Assembly (NCBI GenBank): GCA_002068885.1
Contig: MWBC01000004.1
Span: 2,901-34,900, forward strand
Origin: an archaeon ADurb.Bin336
GTDB taxonomy: Archaea > Iainarchaeota > Iainarchaeia > Iainarchaeales > JAAZKV01
DNA length: 32,000 nucleotides
Reading direction: 5' to 3'
Each line of letters starts with the position of its first letter. Positions within the stretch are counted from its first letter, which is position 1. The position numbers and the translations under genes were made by a program. Positions 1-8,833 of this stretch are shown piece by piece. The notes below the pieces were generated by a model that did not search any database, was not told the DNA's origin, and saw only the letters and a list, made by a program, of their open reading frames with translations.

Positions 1-689
1 TGAAATTCTGCGGCTAGTTCAACAGGATGAATTTCATTCTTATTTTTATTAAGCCAACTCAATAACCCCTTCATTTTTTCAGGGACTTTATCAGCACTTG
101 GAGGATTAACACTCGAACCAACAATAAATATTGGCCCATCACGATATTTACCAGGTTTTTTATCATCAAAACCACGCATTATAGCAAAATGAATTCTTTT
201 TATATTTCGTTCATTTAAATCAATAATTTTTTTTGATTCCTTTGCAGCAAAAAGCATATTCTCAATTTCCCTAACCTCATCAATTTTTTTACCAGAAATT
301 GAGATACCTTTACTCAAAACCAAATTAGCTTCTTGTAAAGTTAAAGAATTCCCTTCAACAGAAGCACTACCTTGTGCATATCTAACAAACTCATTTTCTT
401 TAAAAGACTCAAATTCTTGTGGAAAAAAATCACTCAATAAAGAATAATCAATTTTTAATTTTTCCAAAACCAATAATTCATTTAAAGACAAATTATTTGA
501 TTTGAACTCTTTTTGAGAAAATCTTAAATTTTCAATAACTTTTTGTTGAATCAAAGAATCAAATGCTTCCCCAATATTCTCATTTAAATTTTCTTTAGTC
601 CCTAAAAAAAAACTAACCCTCTTACCAAATAACCTATCTTCTAAGTAAAAGTAATCTTTTTTCTTAACTCTTCTTTTTGAAATAAACAT
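1..689 (-). CDS. Fic/DOC-family protein, N-terminal part (gene runs off the left edge)
   Basis: Not in the ORF track. My minus-strand translation from the ATG at 687-689 reads MFISKRRVKKKDYFYLEDRLFGKRV...FVRYAQGSASVEGNSLTLQEANLVLSKGISISGKKIDEVREIENM...KPGKYRDGPIFIVGSSVNPPSADKVPEKMKGLLSWLNKNKNEIHPVELAAEF(H). The EGN-x-LT segment and HP-x-ELAAxFH are the regions that normally precede the HxFx(D/E)GNGRxxR Fic motif. That motif would lie beyond position 1, so it is not seen. Confidence 0.55.
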   Translation of the reverse strand, partial: MFISKRRVKKKDYFYLEDRLFGKRVSFFLGTKENLNENIGEAFDSLIQQKVIENLRFSQKEFKSNNLSLNELLVLEKLKIDYSLLSDFFPQEFESFKENEFVRYAQGSASVEGNSLTLQEANLVLSKGISISGKKIDEVREIENMLFAAKESKKIIDLNERNIKRIHFAIMRGFDDKKPGKYRDGPIFIVGSSVNPPSADKVPEKMKGLLSWLNKNKNEIHPVELAAEF

Positions 690-748
690 AAAAATAGTTA
701 TCACCAAAATTAATAAAAACACATATTATTATCATAATTGGTTATAAC

Positions 749-819
749 TGCAGCCGCCGGGAATTGAACCCGGAGCTCAACCTTGGGAAGGTTGCATGAT
801 ACCACTTCACTACGGCTGC
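749..819 (-). tRNA. tRNA-Gly (anticodon CCC)
   Basis: The reverse complement GCAGCCGTAGTGAAGTGGTATCATGCAACCTTCCCAAGGTTGAGCTCCGGGTTCAATTCCCGGCGGCTGCA folds by hand into a cloverleaf. Acceptor GCAGCCG/CGGCTGC, D stem GTGA/TCAT, anticodon stem CAACC/GGTTG with loop TTCCCAA, T stem CCGGG/CCCGG with loop TTCAATT. No encoded CCA. Confidence 0.85.
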
Positions 820-915
820 TTATTTAGAATGAAATTATAATACTTTTTTAATTCTTTCAATTAAGCAACTTTTTAAATGAAACGCAGTCAATCTTACTTA
901 TAACAAGAGTTGTTT

Positions 916-986
916 GCAGGGTTAGCAAAGCGGTTATGCGTTCGCCTGCAGAGCGAATTAGGGGGGTTCAACTCCCTCACCCTGCT
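916..986 (+). tRNA. tRNA-Cys (anticodon GCA)
   Basis: GCAGGGTTAGCAAAGCGGTTATGCGTTCGCCTGCAGAGCGAATTAGGGGGGTTCAACTCCCTCACCCTGCT. Acceptor GCAGGGT/ACCCTGC, anticodon stem TTCGC/GCGAA with loop CTGCAGA, T stem GGGGG/CCCTC (one G-U) with loop TTCAACT. Discriminator U, as is typical of tRNA-Cys. Confidence 0.85.
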
Positions 987-2431
987 TTAATCAATTTTTT
1001 TGAAGGATCAAATTTGTAAACAACAATATTATTTGTATCCATAAAATAAGTGAATTCAGGCCTTTGATTAAACCACTCAACTCCTGGAGCAAAATTTGAA
1101 TTTTTATAATAGACAAAAAACCCTGGTTCATTTATAAAATCATAATATTTGAAAAACCTGAATTCAGATTGATAAAAAGTAAGAACCCTAAAATTTGAAT
1201 AATATGCATAAAGCGGAAAAAGAAAATTGGAATAAATGATAGTATCATTTGGATATCCTTTTTCTTTAAGTGTTTCTACAATAACTCTTTCTTCAGGAAT
1301 AGTATAATCAAACAAGGGTTTATTAATACCTTGAATTAAAGGAGCAAATGAAAAACAAATAAGTAAAAATGCAATAACAAAAAAAAGGTTTTTTGTTAAA
1401 AAATTTTTATTAGAATCAACATAATCATATGCCAATAATACTCCACGAGTTCCAAGAAGAATTAATGGAATTGTTAAAGGTAAAAGCAAATATCTTTCTT
1501 CTTTATGAGGAGTAAAGCACATAAAAATAAATAATACAAAAAACCAAATTAAAAAAGATAAATCAGAAATGTTTACCTTAATTTTTAATTTTTGTTTTCT
1601 TGCTTTTGAAATTTTGTTAAACCAATAAAAAATCAAAAAGAAAAAACCAGCGAATATTAATAAAGAAAAATATTGGGGGAGAACATTAACATACAATAAA
1701 ACTGGAGTATCCCAACCAGATACTGCATAAGCTGCACGATGGAAAAGATAAATTGCATCAAAACCATAGAGAATAAATGCGCTTAAAATATATGAAAATA
1801 AAACGATTGAAGCCCCAATAAAAGGTTCTTTTGAAAAAATGGATTTGATTAAATCTTTTCTTTTATAAACAATAAAAAATATAGAAAACACTACAAAGAG
1901 AATTAAAAAGTACAAAAGCGAAGCATATCTTGTCAAAATAGTTAATCCCACAAAAATTCCTGAAAGATAACCAAAAACTGGTTTTTTTGATTTGTGAAAT
2001 AAAATAAAAAAATAGAAACTAATTGACAAAAAAGTTAAACCCGGAGCATCAGCAAGCATATTATTTGAATTTGAAACTAAAACAGGCAAAAAACAAGCTA
2101 TTAGAGCAGAAACCCAACCCACTCTTTCATCATACACCTCTTTTCCAATAAAATAAAACAATATCACTCCAATAGAACCCAATAAAGCAGTTATTATTGA
2201 AGCAGTAAAAATATGGTGCCAAAAAATGAAACCAATTCCAAAAAACACAGAAATTAATAAAGGCCTGTAAAAAAATTCATCATAATTATTATCTTTGAAT
2301 CCAAAAAGTACATCCGCATTCTGCAAATAACTGCACTCATCCCAAAAACAATAATCTCGCAGAGGAAAAAGTCTTAATGAAAAAGAAACAATAAAAAGTA
2401 GCACTAAAAATACAACTGGATTTATTTTCAT
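977..2431 (-). CDS. Polytopic GT-C-type glycosyltransferase (ArnT/PMT, family 39/83-like)
   Basis: 484-aa ORF with an ATG start and more than 10 hydrophobic segments. The first loop has a WDE-x-SY...ADVLFG acidic motif, as in lipid-linked-sugar GT-C enzymes. There is a soluble C-terminal domain. The 3' end overlaps tRNA-Cys by about 10 nt. Confidence 0.55.
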   Translation of the reverse strand: MKINPVVFLVLLFIVSFSLRLFPLRDYCFWDECSYLQNADVLFGFKDNNYDEFFYRPLLISVFFGIGFIFWHHIFTASIITALLGSIGVILFYFIGKEVYDERVGWVSALIACFLPVLVSNSNNMLADAPGLTFLSISFYFFILFHKSKKPVFGYLSGIFVGLTILTRYASLLYFLILFVVFSIFFIVYKRKDLIKSIFSKEPFIGASIVLFSYILSAFILYGFDAIYLFHRAAYAVSGWDTPVLLYVNVLPQYFSLLIFAGFFFLIFYWFNKISKARKQKLKIKVNISDLSFLIWFFVLFIFMCFTPHKEERYLLLPLTIPLILLGTRGVLLAYDYVDSNKNFLTKNLFFVIAFLLICFSFAPLIQGINKPLFDYTIPEERVIVETLKEKGYPNDTIIYSNFLFPLYAYYSNFRVLTFYQSEFRFFKYYDFINEPGFFVYYKNSNFAPGVEWFNQRPEFTYFMDTNNIVVYKFDPSKKLIKAG

Positions 2432-2544
2432 GAATAAACTAAATTTCTTTGTGTATTTAATTGTTTACTTAAAAAAATCACACACAACAAATGCTTAACA
2501 ATATAGTAATCAAAATAAATTTACTAATTTAAAAGCCCCTTAAC

Positions 2545-2558
2545 AAGCTTTTTAAAGG
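2545..2558 (+). promoter_or_regulatory. Candidate BRE/TATA element for the L10e gene
   Basis: AAGCTTTTTAAAGG lies about 80 nt upstream of the ATG. The same 13-mer, AAGCTTTTTAAAG, occurs upstream of the S-layer gene on the minus strand at 19645-19658. Both genes are expected to be highly expressed. Confidence 0.4.
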
Positions 2559-2638
2559 TTTCATGAAAGAATTATTTTACGAAGTGCTTGGAAAAGGGCT
2601 TTTTTAGAAAACGATTTTGATTATAAGTGGTGAGCGAA

Positions 2639-3403
2639 ATGGGATTAAGACCTGCAAGGTGTTATAGAGGAAAAAAAGTTAAGTTAAGAAAAGGAGCAGG
2701 CGGACACGCAAGAAATATTAATTTACAAAGGCCATATACTAGAATTGCAATAAAAGTCCCAAAGAAAAATTATATTGGAGCTTCTCCACAATTAAAAGTA
2801 AGACAATTCAACATGGGCAATCCTTTACTACCTTACAATGTAATTGCTGACTTGGTGTCAAAAGAGAGTTGCTATATTAGAGATAATGCACTAGAAAGTG
2901 TAAGAAGTGGAGTTAATAGATTGTTGGTAAAAGCACTGGGAAAAGATGGCTATTTTATGAAGGTAAGATTGTACACTTCACATTTAATGAGAGAAAATAA
3001 ACAAGCCCAAGGAGCAGGTGCAGATCGTGTTTCACAAGGAATGTCAAGGTCATTTGGAGCACCAATTGGAAGAGCTGCTAAAGTAAGAAAGGGCCAAGCT
3101 ATTTATAGTGTGCTTTGTATGGATACTCAAAAAGATTTGATAAAAAAGTGCTTAATGAGAGCAAAATCAAAGTTGCCTTGTAAAACAACTGTTAAGTTCC
3201 ATACGGATATTGAGAGTATTGGAACAATGCCTTCAAAAGCTCAAGAAGATAAGGCAGCAAAAGCAGCAGCTGAAGCAACAACAGCTGGAACAGAAGCAAC
3301 AACTAAAGCAGGGGCAAAAGCAACTGATACTGCAAAAGCTGGAGCAAAAACTCCTGAAGGTGCTGGAAAGACCCCAGCAGCAAAATCTTCTGGAAAGAAG
3401 TAA
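2639..3403 (+). CDS. rpl10e: 50S ribosomal protein L10e (uL16) with a low-complexity Ala/Lys/Thr C-terminal tail
   Basis: MGLRPARCYRGKK...YTRIAIKVPK...QFNMGN is the canonical L10e N-terminus. I prefer ATG 2639, which has a GGTGA Shine-Dalgarno 6 nt upstream, over the GTG at 2627 used in the track. Confidence 0.9.
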   Translation: MGLRPARCYRGKKVKLRKGAGGHARNINLQRPYTRIAIKVPKKNYIGASPQLKVRQFNMGNPLLPYNVIADLVSKESCYIRDNALESVRSGVNRLLVKALGKDGYFMKVRLYTSHLMRENKQAQGAGADRVSQGMSRSFGAPIGRAAKVRKGQAIYSVLCMDTQKDLIKKCLMRAKSKLPCKTTVKFHTDIESIGTMPSKAQEDKAAKAAAEATTAGTEATTKAGAKATDTAKAGAKTPEGAGKTPAAKSSGKK

Positions 3404-3417
3404 AAATATTAAACAAA

Positions 3418-3455
3418 GTGAAAATGCATTTTTGCATTTCACTCAACTTTTTTTC
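3418..3455 (+). terminator. Hairpin plus T-run between the convergent L10e and peptidase genes
   Basis: GTGAAAATGCA-TTTT-TGCATTTCAC gives 10 bp with one bulged A, followed by TCAACTTTTTTT. Confidence 0.45.
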
Positions 3456-3459
3456 AACA

Positions 3460-4230
3460 CTAATTTTTTCTAATAAGTTCTACTAAATCAACCCACTTAT
3501 TTCGAACCAGCTCTTCCTTTTTGAATTTATTTTTCAACCAAAATATTTTGTAACCCCTCGCATTTTTTTTAGAAGTTATTAATCTTGCTTTACCCCCAAC
3601 CACTTCAAGAGCTGCACAATCCTCAAGAGCAATAGCAACTCCACTCGTTTTCTTCATCATTTTCTTCAAACTCAAAACCCTGTCCTTTTCTTTATCAAAA
3701 TGAGGGCACAAAAGAGCAGGAATAAAACCCAAACATTTTATTTTTATATAATCAGCATCTTTGTTTCTGAATTTTCTTGAATCAGAATGGCCCAACTTGA
3801 ACCAACACATTGCCCCCGCACTCAACCCACTAAGAACAATTCCTTTTTCTCTTGCTTGATTTAATAATTTATCAACCCCAAGTTTCTTCCAAATTTTTAA
3901 CATTTTTAGAGTGTTCCCTCCCCCAACATAAATTATGTCAGAAGACAAAATCTTCTCCTTAATTTCTTTTAAAGAATACTTTTGTTTGAATAAAAAAAGA
4001 GAATCTACTTCACAACCGAGTTTATTTCCAAAATAATTTTCAACTAAACTCACATACCCACTAGAATCAGAACTCGCTGTGGGCAAAAACAATAATTTAG
4101 GATTATTTTTTCCTGAAAGTTTAATTAATTCTTTATCAATAATAGTAGTTTCAATTGGATAAAACCCACCACCCTCTTTAGACCTACCAATTTCTCCTCC
4201 ACCAATAGCAACTATTTTTTGCAAACTCAA
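3460..4230 (-). CDS. Peptidase S51 family (dipeptidase E / cyanophycinase-like)
   Basis: IVAIGGGEIG...LLFLPTASSDS...IYVGGGNTLKML...VLSGLSAGAMCWF matches the S51 layout, including the nucleophile-Ser G-x-SAG element. The start codon is TTG, preceded by GGGGG. Confidence 0.7.
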   Translation of the reverse strand: MSLQKIVAIGGGEIGRSKEGGGFYPIETTIIDKELIKLSGKNNPKLLFLPTASSDSSGYVSLVENYFGNKLGCEVDSLFLFKQKYSLKEIKEKILSSDIIYVGGGNTLKMLKIWKKLGVDKLLNQAREKGIVLSGLSAGAMCWFKLGHSDSRKFRNKDADYIKIKCLGFIPALLCPHFDKEKDRVLSLKKMMKKTSGVAIALEDCAALEVVGGKARLITSKKNARGYKIFWLKNKFKKEELVRNKWVDLVELIRKN

Positions 4231-4324
4231 AACCCCCTATTTCACCATTAAAAAAAAGCAATTAATTAATCTGATTTTTTATTAATATAAACTAATATTT
4301 TATTTAAGTGTAACAAAAAACACA

Positions 4325-4930
4325 TTATATTGAAGTAGATTCTATCCCACTAATTCCTTTTGAAGATAATAATTCAAAACCTTCTCCATCAAAATCAAAT
4401 TCTATTAAAGCCCCTTCCAAAATTTCATTCACTTCAAAACCAATTAACTCCCTAAAAATCACTTCAATTCCACAAGAGTGAAGAACAAAACCAATGCAAG
4501 GAGTTTTATTCTCAAATTCTTTTTTTATAATAGAGTTGAACGAAGAGGTGATTCTTTTTGCAAAATCAAAATAATCCTCTGAACCACTCACTTGATGATA
4601 AGGTTTATTTGATTCATAATCCTCCACTTCACTCAAAAATTTTTTTCTTGCTTCTTCTTTATCCCACCCCAAAAAAACTCCAAAATTGTTTCTGGCCCTA
4701 AATTCACTTACACTACAAAGCTCTAATGGAACAACTTTTTTTATAATCAACCCAGTTTCAGTTGCACTTTGAAAAGAACTAGTAAATAATTTTGCCAAAC
4801 CCTTTTTCTTTAACTCTGCGCCAATCTCACGAGCCTTAATTAGCCCCTCATTTGAAATGGACTCATCCCCAATAGAATACTTTGAATCACTATCAATTGA
4901 ATCAAATGAATTAATTAAAATAATCTTCAT
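4325..4930 (-). CDS. Histidine-phosphatase (phosphoglycerate-mutase-like) superfamily protein, catalytic RHG motif absent
   Basis: MKIILINSFDS...LFTSSFQSATETGLII...FVLHSCGIEVIF parallels the family pattern hhLhRHGE...SSxxxRAxxTA...HG. Here N-S-F replaces R-H-G. Confidence 0.45.
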   Translation of the reverse strand: MKIILINSFDSIDSDSKYSIGDESISNEGLIKAREIGAELKKKGLAKLFTSSFQSATETGLIIKKVVPLELCSVSEFRARNNFGVFLGWDKEEARKKFLSEVEDYESNKPYHQVSGSEDYFDFAKRITSSFNSIIKKEFENKTPCIGFVLHSCGIEVIFRELIGFEVNEILEGALIEFDFDGEGFELLSSKGISGIESTSI

Positions 4931-5008
4931 AAAAAAAAACCTATTATAGAATAAGTTAAATCACAATCCTTTTAAATACAAAAAACCTATTTAGCGTAGT
5001 GTTTAGTA

Positions 5009-7441
5009 ATGAAAAACATCCTTTGGTTTAGAGAAATTAATATGCAAAATGTTGCAGAAGCGGGTGGAAAGGGAGCATCTTTAGGAGAAATGGAGCAAAA
5101 AGGTTTTCCTGTCCCAACAGGATTTGTTGTTACAAGTGGAGCTTATTTTACTTTCATGAAAGAAAGTGGAATACAAGACAAAGTTGTTAAAATGATTGAC
5201 GAGATTGATGTTGAAAACACTCAACAACTCGAAGAAACAACTGCAAGAGTAAGAAAAATAATTGAAAACACTCCAATAATTCCAAAAATTAAATCAGAAA
5301 TTACCTATAACTATAAACTCCTCTCTCAAAATGAAGATGCACTAGTAGCTGTTAGGAGTAGTGCAACTGCAGAAGATTTACCAGAAGCCTCCTTCGCAGG
5401 ACAACAAGAAACATACTTAAATATTCAAGGACGTGAAGAAGTTGCTGTTGCTGTTCAAAAATGTTGGGCCTCTTTATTCACTGCAAGAGCAGTATATTAT
5501 AGAAAAAAACAAGGATTTGATACTGCAAAAGTTGGTTTGTGTGCAGTAGTACAAAAAATGGTTGAGAGTGAAGTGAGTGGAATAATGTTCACTGCTGACC
5601 CAACTGGGGATGAAAGCAAAATAATAATAGAAGCAGGATTTGGATTAGGTGAAACAATTGTTTCAGGAAGTGTAACCCCTGATAATTATGTTGTTGATAA
5701 AAACTCAATGCAAATACAAAGCAAAAAAATATTGAAACAAGAATGGATGCTGGTAAAAGAAGATGCTCCAAAAAGTTCAAATTTACAACGCAAAGAAAAT
5801 GTTAGAGTAAATCTCGGAAAAGGAAAAGCTGATGTACAAAAATTAAGTGATGAAAAAATTGTTGAACTAGCAAAAATAGGAAAAGAAATAGAAGAACATT
5901 ATGAAAAACCAATGGATATAGAATGGGCAATGGAAGACAACATATTATACATCGTACAAGCAAGGCCAATAACTACCCTAAAAACTAAAGCAAAAGGAGA
6001 GAAGATCGTAACTGATGCAATTCCTTTGCTTGAAGGCCTACCCGCTGCTCCAGGAGTAATAAGCGGAATAGTTAGAATAGTACCTGAAATTGATGATATT
6101 CAAAAAGTGGAAAAAGGAGATATACTAGTAACAAAAATGACTTCGCCCTCATGGGTTCCTGTAATGAAAAAAGCTAGTGGAATAATTACTAACGAAGGAG
6201 GAGTAACTTGTCACGCTGCAATAGTTTCAAGAGAACTACTAATACCCTGCGTAGTGGGAACATCAAACGCAACAGAAGTTTTGCAAGATGGCCAAGAAGT
6301 AACTTTGGATGGATTTAGTGGAAAAATTTATTCAGGAAGAATAAATATTGATTACAAAAAAGAAGAAATTAAAGTTCTTCACGAAGATGAGATTGATAAA
6401 ATTGAAGAAGGGTTGAGAGCAAAAATAAAGGAAAATGAAACAAGACCAACTATAATAAAGAAAATGATTACGATAGAAACTGAATATGGTGGAATAAAAT
6501 ACAAAACCATGTCAAAAGAACAAAAAGAAAAAGAAGAAAAAGACTTGATTGAATTACTAAAGGACTTATCAATTAAAGTAAAGGTTAATGTAGCTTTGCC
6601 TGATGCAGCAGAAGCCGCAGCAGCAACAAAAGCTGATGGAGTAGGACTATTAAGAGCAGAGCACATGATTACTGCAAGTGGAATGCACCCAGCAGAATAC
6701 ATTAGACAAAACAAAGATGCTGAACTAAAAAATAGTGTAAAAGAAGGAATTAGGGTAGTTGCAGAAAAATTCTCTGGCCCAGTTTGGTTTAGAACATTTG
6801 ATGCTAGGAGTGATGAGTACAAAGAACTAATTGGGGGAGAGAAAGAACCAAAAGAAGAGAACCCAATGATTGGGTGGCACGGGATTAGAAGAGATTTGGA
6901 TGAAGATAGAATGTTTAAAGCACAAGTTCTAGCAGTGAAAGAACTTTATTATGAAGGAATCAAAAACGTTGGAATAATGTTGCCCTTCTTAATAAGCTTG
7001 GAAGAATTACTAGGAGCAAAAAAAATTATGAGAGAAGTCGGGTTACCAAATGAAGTTGAGATAGGAGTAATGATTGAAACACCAGCATCGGTTTGGATAA
7101 TAGATGAACTAATCCCCCACATTAAATTCATTTCATTTGGAACAAATGATTTAACACAACTAACACTGGGGATTGATAGAAACAATGAGCGAGTGCAAAA
7201 GAGCTTCTCCGAACTCCACCCCTCAATTCTAAGACAACTCAAATATGTAATAAAAAAATGCAAGAGTGCAGGAGTAACTACAAGCATATGCGGCCAAGCA
7301 GCTAGCAACCCCGACATGGTTAGAAAACTTATTTGGTATGGAATAGATTCAGTATCTGCAAATATTGACGCGGTGGATGAAATTAGAAAAATAGTGATGA
7401 TAGAAGAAAAGAAAAAAATACTTGAATTGTACAAAAAATAA
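5009..7441 (+). CDS. ppsA: Phosphoenolpyruvate synthase (pyruvate, water dikinase)
   Basis: 810 aa. It has the N-terminal ATP-grasp/PPDK_N region (GGKGASLGEM), the phosphohistidine domain (GGVTCHAAIVSRELLIPCVVG) and the C-terminal PEP-utilising TIM barrel (GLLRAEHM...SFGTNDLTQ). Confidence 0.9.
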   Translation: MKNILWFREINMQNVAEAGGKGASLGEMEQKGFPVPTGFVVTSGAYFTFMKESGIQDKVVKMIDEIDVENTQQLEETTARVRKIIENTPIIPKIKSEITYNYKLLSQNEDALVAVRSSATAEDLPEASFAGQQETYLNIQGREEVAVAVQKCWASLFTARAVYYRKKQGFDTAKVGLCAVVQKMVESEVSGIMFTADPTGDESKIIIEAGFGLGETIVSGSVTPDNYVVDKNSMQIQSKKILKQEWMLVKEDAPKSSNLQRKENVRVNLGKGKADVQKLSDEKIVELAKIGKEIEEHYEKPMDIEWAMEDNILYIVQARPITTLKTKAKGEKIVTDAIPLLEGLPAAPGVISGIVRIVPEIDDIQKVEKGDILVTKMTSPSWVPVMKKASGIITNEGGVTCHAAIVSRELLIPCVVGTSNATEVLQDGQEVTLDGFSGKIYSGRINIDYKKEEIKVLHEDEIDKIEEGLRAKIKENETRPTIIKKMITIETEYGGIKYKTMSKEQKEKEEKDLIELLKDLSIKVKVNVALPDAAEAAAATKADGVGLLRAEHMITASGMHPAEYIRQNKDAELKNSVKEGIRVVAEKFSGPVWFRTFDARSDEYKELIGGEKEPKEENPMIGWHGIRRDLDEDRMFKAQVLAVKELYYEGIKNVGIMLPFLISLEELLGAKKIMREVGLPNEVEIGVMIETPASVWIIDELIPHIKFISFGTNDLTQLTLGIDRNNERVQKSFSELHPSILRQLKYVIKKCKSAGVTTSICGQAASNPDMVRKLIWYGIDSVSANIDAVDEIRKIVMIEEKKKILELYKK

Positions 7442-7499
7442 TCCTTTAAAAAAACAATTAATCAAAACCCCTTTAATTCTTTCCTAGTACACTTAATTC

Positions 7500-8486
7500 A
7501 TGCTACAACTTGATTTAACTAACGCTATTAAAGGCCTTAAAAAAGCAAAAGCGAAAAACATTTTCTTGCAAATCCCAGAAGGGCTAAAAACTAAAACAGA
7601 GGAAATAGTAAACGAACTTGAAGAAAATGGGTTAAATGTAATAACCGCAATGGACCCCTGCTATGGGGCTTGTGATATTAAACAAACAGAAGCAAAAAAA
7701 ATGGGTTGTGACGCAATACTACACTTAGGGCACACAAAATTCGTTGAAAAAAATTCAATCCCCATAATTTATGCCCCCTTAAAATACAATTTAGGAGAAA
7801 GGTTTGAAAGAATTACAAAAATAATTACTGAATATTTAATTGATGAAAAAATAAATGAAGTAGGACTCACTACCACCGCACAATTTTTGAATTACTTACC
7901 TTTATTAAAAAAAGAATTAGAAAAAGAGGGAATAAAAAGTGTTATTGGAAAAGGAAAAAGAGTGGAAGATGGACAAGTACTTGGTTGTAATTATTCAAGC
8001 GCACAAGTGAGTGCAAAAACAATAATTTATTTAGGAGATGGATTATTCCACCCCCTAGGAATACACTTCTCTACTCAAAAAAATGTAATAATTGCTAACC
8101 CACTAACTCTTGAAATAAAAACCTTGGATGAAGAAAAAGACAAATTCATTAGACAAAGAATATTATTAATTGAAAGAGCAAAAAATGCTAAAGATTACGC
8201 AATACTAATTACTACAAAAGAAGGCCAAAATAGAATTACTGAAGCATTGAAGATAAAAAAGGATTTAGAAAAAAATGGAAAGAAAGTAAAAATATATTCA
8301 ATGGATTTTATTTCACAAGAATCCTTATTAGGAATTAATGCAGAAAGTTACATCAACACTGCGTGCCCAAGAATATCAATTGATGATTACTTCAACTACA
8401 AAAAACCAATTATTAATTACACTGAAGTGGATTACTTAATTGGCAAAAAAAATTATGATGAATATAAATTAGCAATTATTTATTAA
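7500..8486 (+). CDS. dph2: Diphthamide synthase subunit Dph2 (2-(3-amino-3-carboxypropyl)histidine synthase)
   Basis: 328 aa. LQIPEGLK...DPCYGACD...GHTKF...VLGCNY...NTACPRI is the archaeal Dph2 pattern with its conserved Cys residues. Confidence 0.85.
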   Translation: MLQLDLTNAIKGLKKAKAKNIFLQIPEGLKTKTEEIVNELEENGLNVITAMDPCYGACDIKQTEAKKMGCDAILHLGHTKFVEKNSIPIIYAPLKYNLGERFERITKIITEYLIDEKINEVGLTTTAQFLNYLPLLKKELEKEGIKSVIGKGKRVEDGQVLGCNYSSAQVSAKTIIYLGDGLFHPLGIHFSTQKNVIIANPLTLEIKTLDEEKDKFIRQRILLIERAKNAKDYAILITTKEGQNRITEALKIKKDLEKNGKKVKIYSMDFISQESLLGINAESYINTACPRISIDDYFNYKKPIINYTEVDYLIGKKNYDEYKLAIIY

Positions 8487-8519
8487 AAAAATATTTAGAA
8501 ACTTTTTTTATTTGAAATT

Positions 8520-8833
8520 ATTATTAATGAAAAACAAACAAATTATTAATAAAAAAAATAAACAAATTGTTAATAAAAATAAAATAAATAAATTATTAAT
8601 AAAAAAATAAATAAAAAAAAAACAAATAAATTAATGAAAATAAAAAAATTAATTACTACTAATTTTCATCTCTAAAAAAATAATAAAAAAATTACTAATT
8701 AATTAATAATATTTACCTCTAAAAGAATAAAAAAAAATTAACCAATCAATACTCCTTACTTCTAAAAAAAAATAAAAAAATTAATTATTATTCTTCATTT
8801 CTAAAAAATTAATTAACTATTACTCTTAATTTC
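8520..8833. repeat. Non-coding A/T-only degenerate tandem repeats between the convergent dph2 and pyrH genes
   Basis: The first half has AAATT(A/G)TTAATAAAAA units roughly every 25 nt. The second half has 4-5 units of about 39-48 nt, each ending YYTCTAAAA (TC at 8671, 8719, 8761, 8800). On the minus strand these read as repeated T-runs plus TAGA(A/G)(A/G)T(G/A)A. Confidence 0.6.

Noticed and set aside
977-986. A 10-nt overlap of the GT-C ORF 3' end with tRNA-Cys on the opposite strand
   Set aside because: Short convergent overlaps are common in compact genomes. There is no evidence of an integration site or att duplication around either tRNA.
3210-3473. An 87-aa plus-strand ORF (Q/K/L-rich) and a 69-aa minus-strand ORF (Cys/Phe/Ser-rich) overlapping the L10e tail
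   Set aside because: They are alternative-frame read-throughs of the GCA/AAA-rich low-complexity tail. They have no start context, and their compositions are frame artefacts.
5589-7434. Three antisense ORFs (63, 147 and 161 aa) inside ppsA
   Set aside because: They lie wholly within a confidently identified 810-aa gene on the opposite strand. Their hydrophobic or Ser-rich composition is typical of antisense frames.
8520-8833. A CRISPR array or a small K/N-rich coding gene (MKNKQIINKKNKQIVNK...) in the A/T block
   Set aside because: The units are degenerate and contiguous with no unique spacers. The reading frames are short and interrupted, and are composition artefacts of pure A/T DNA.
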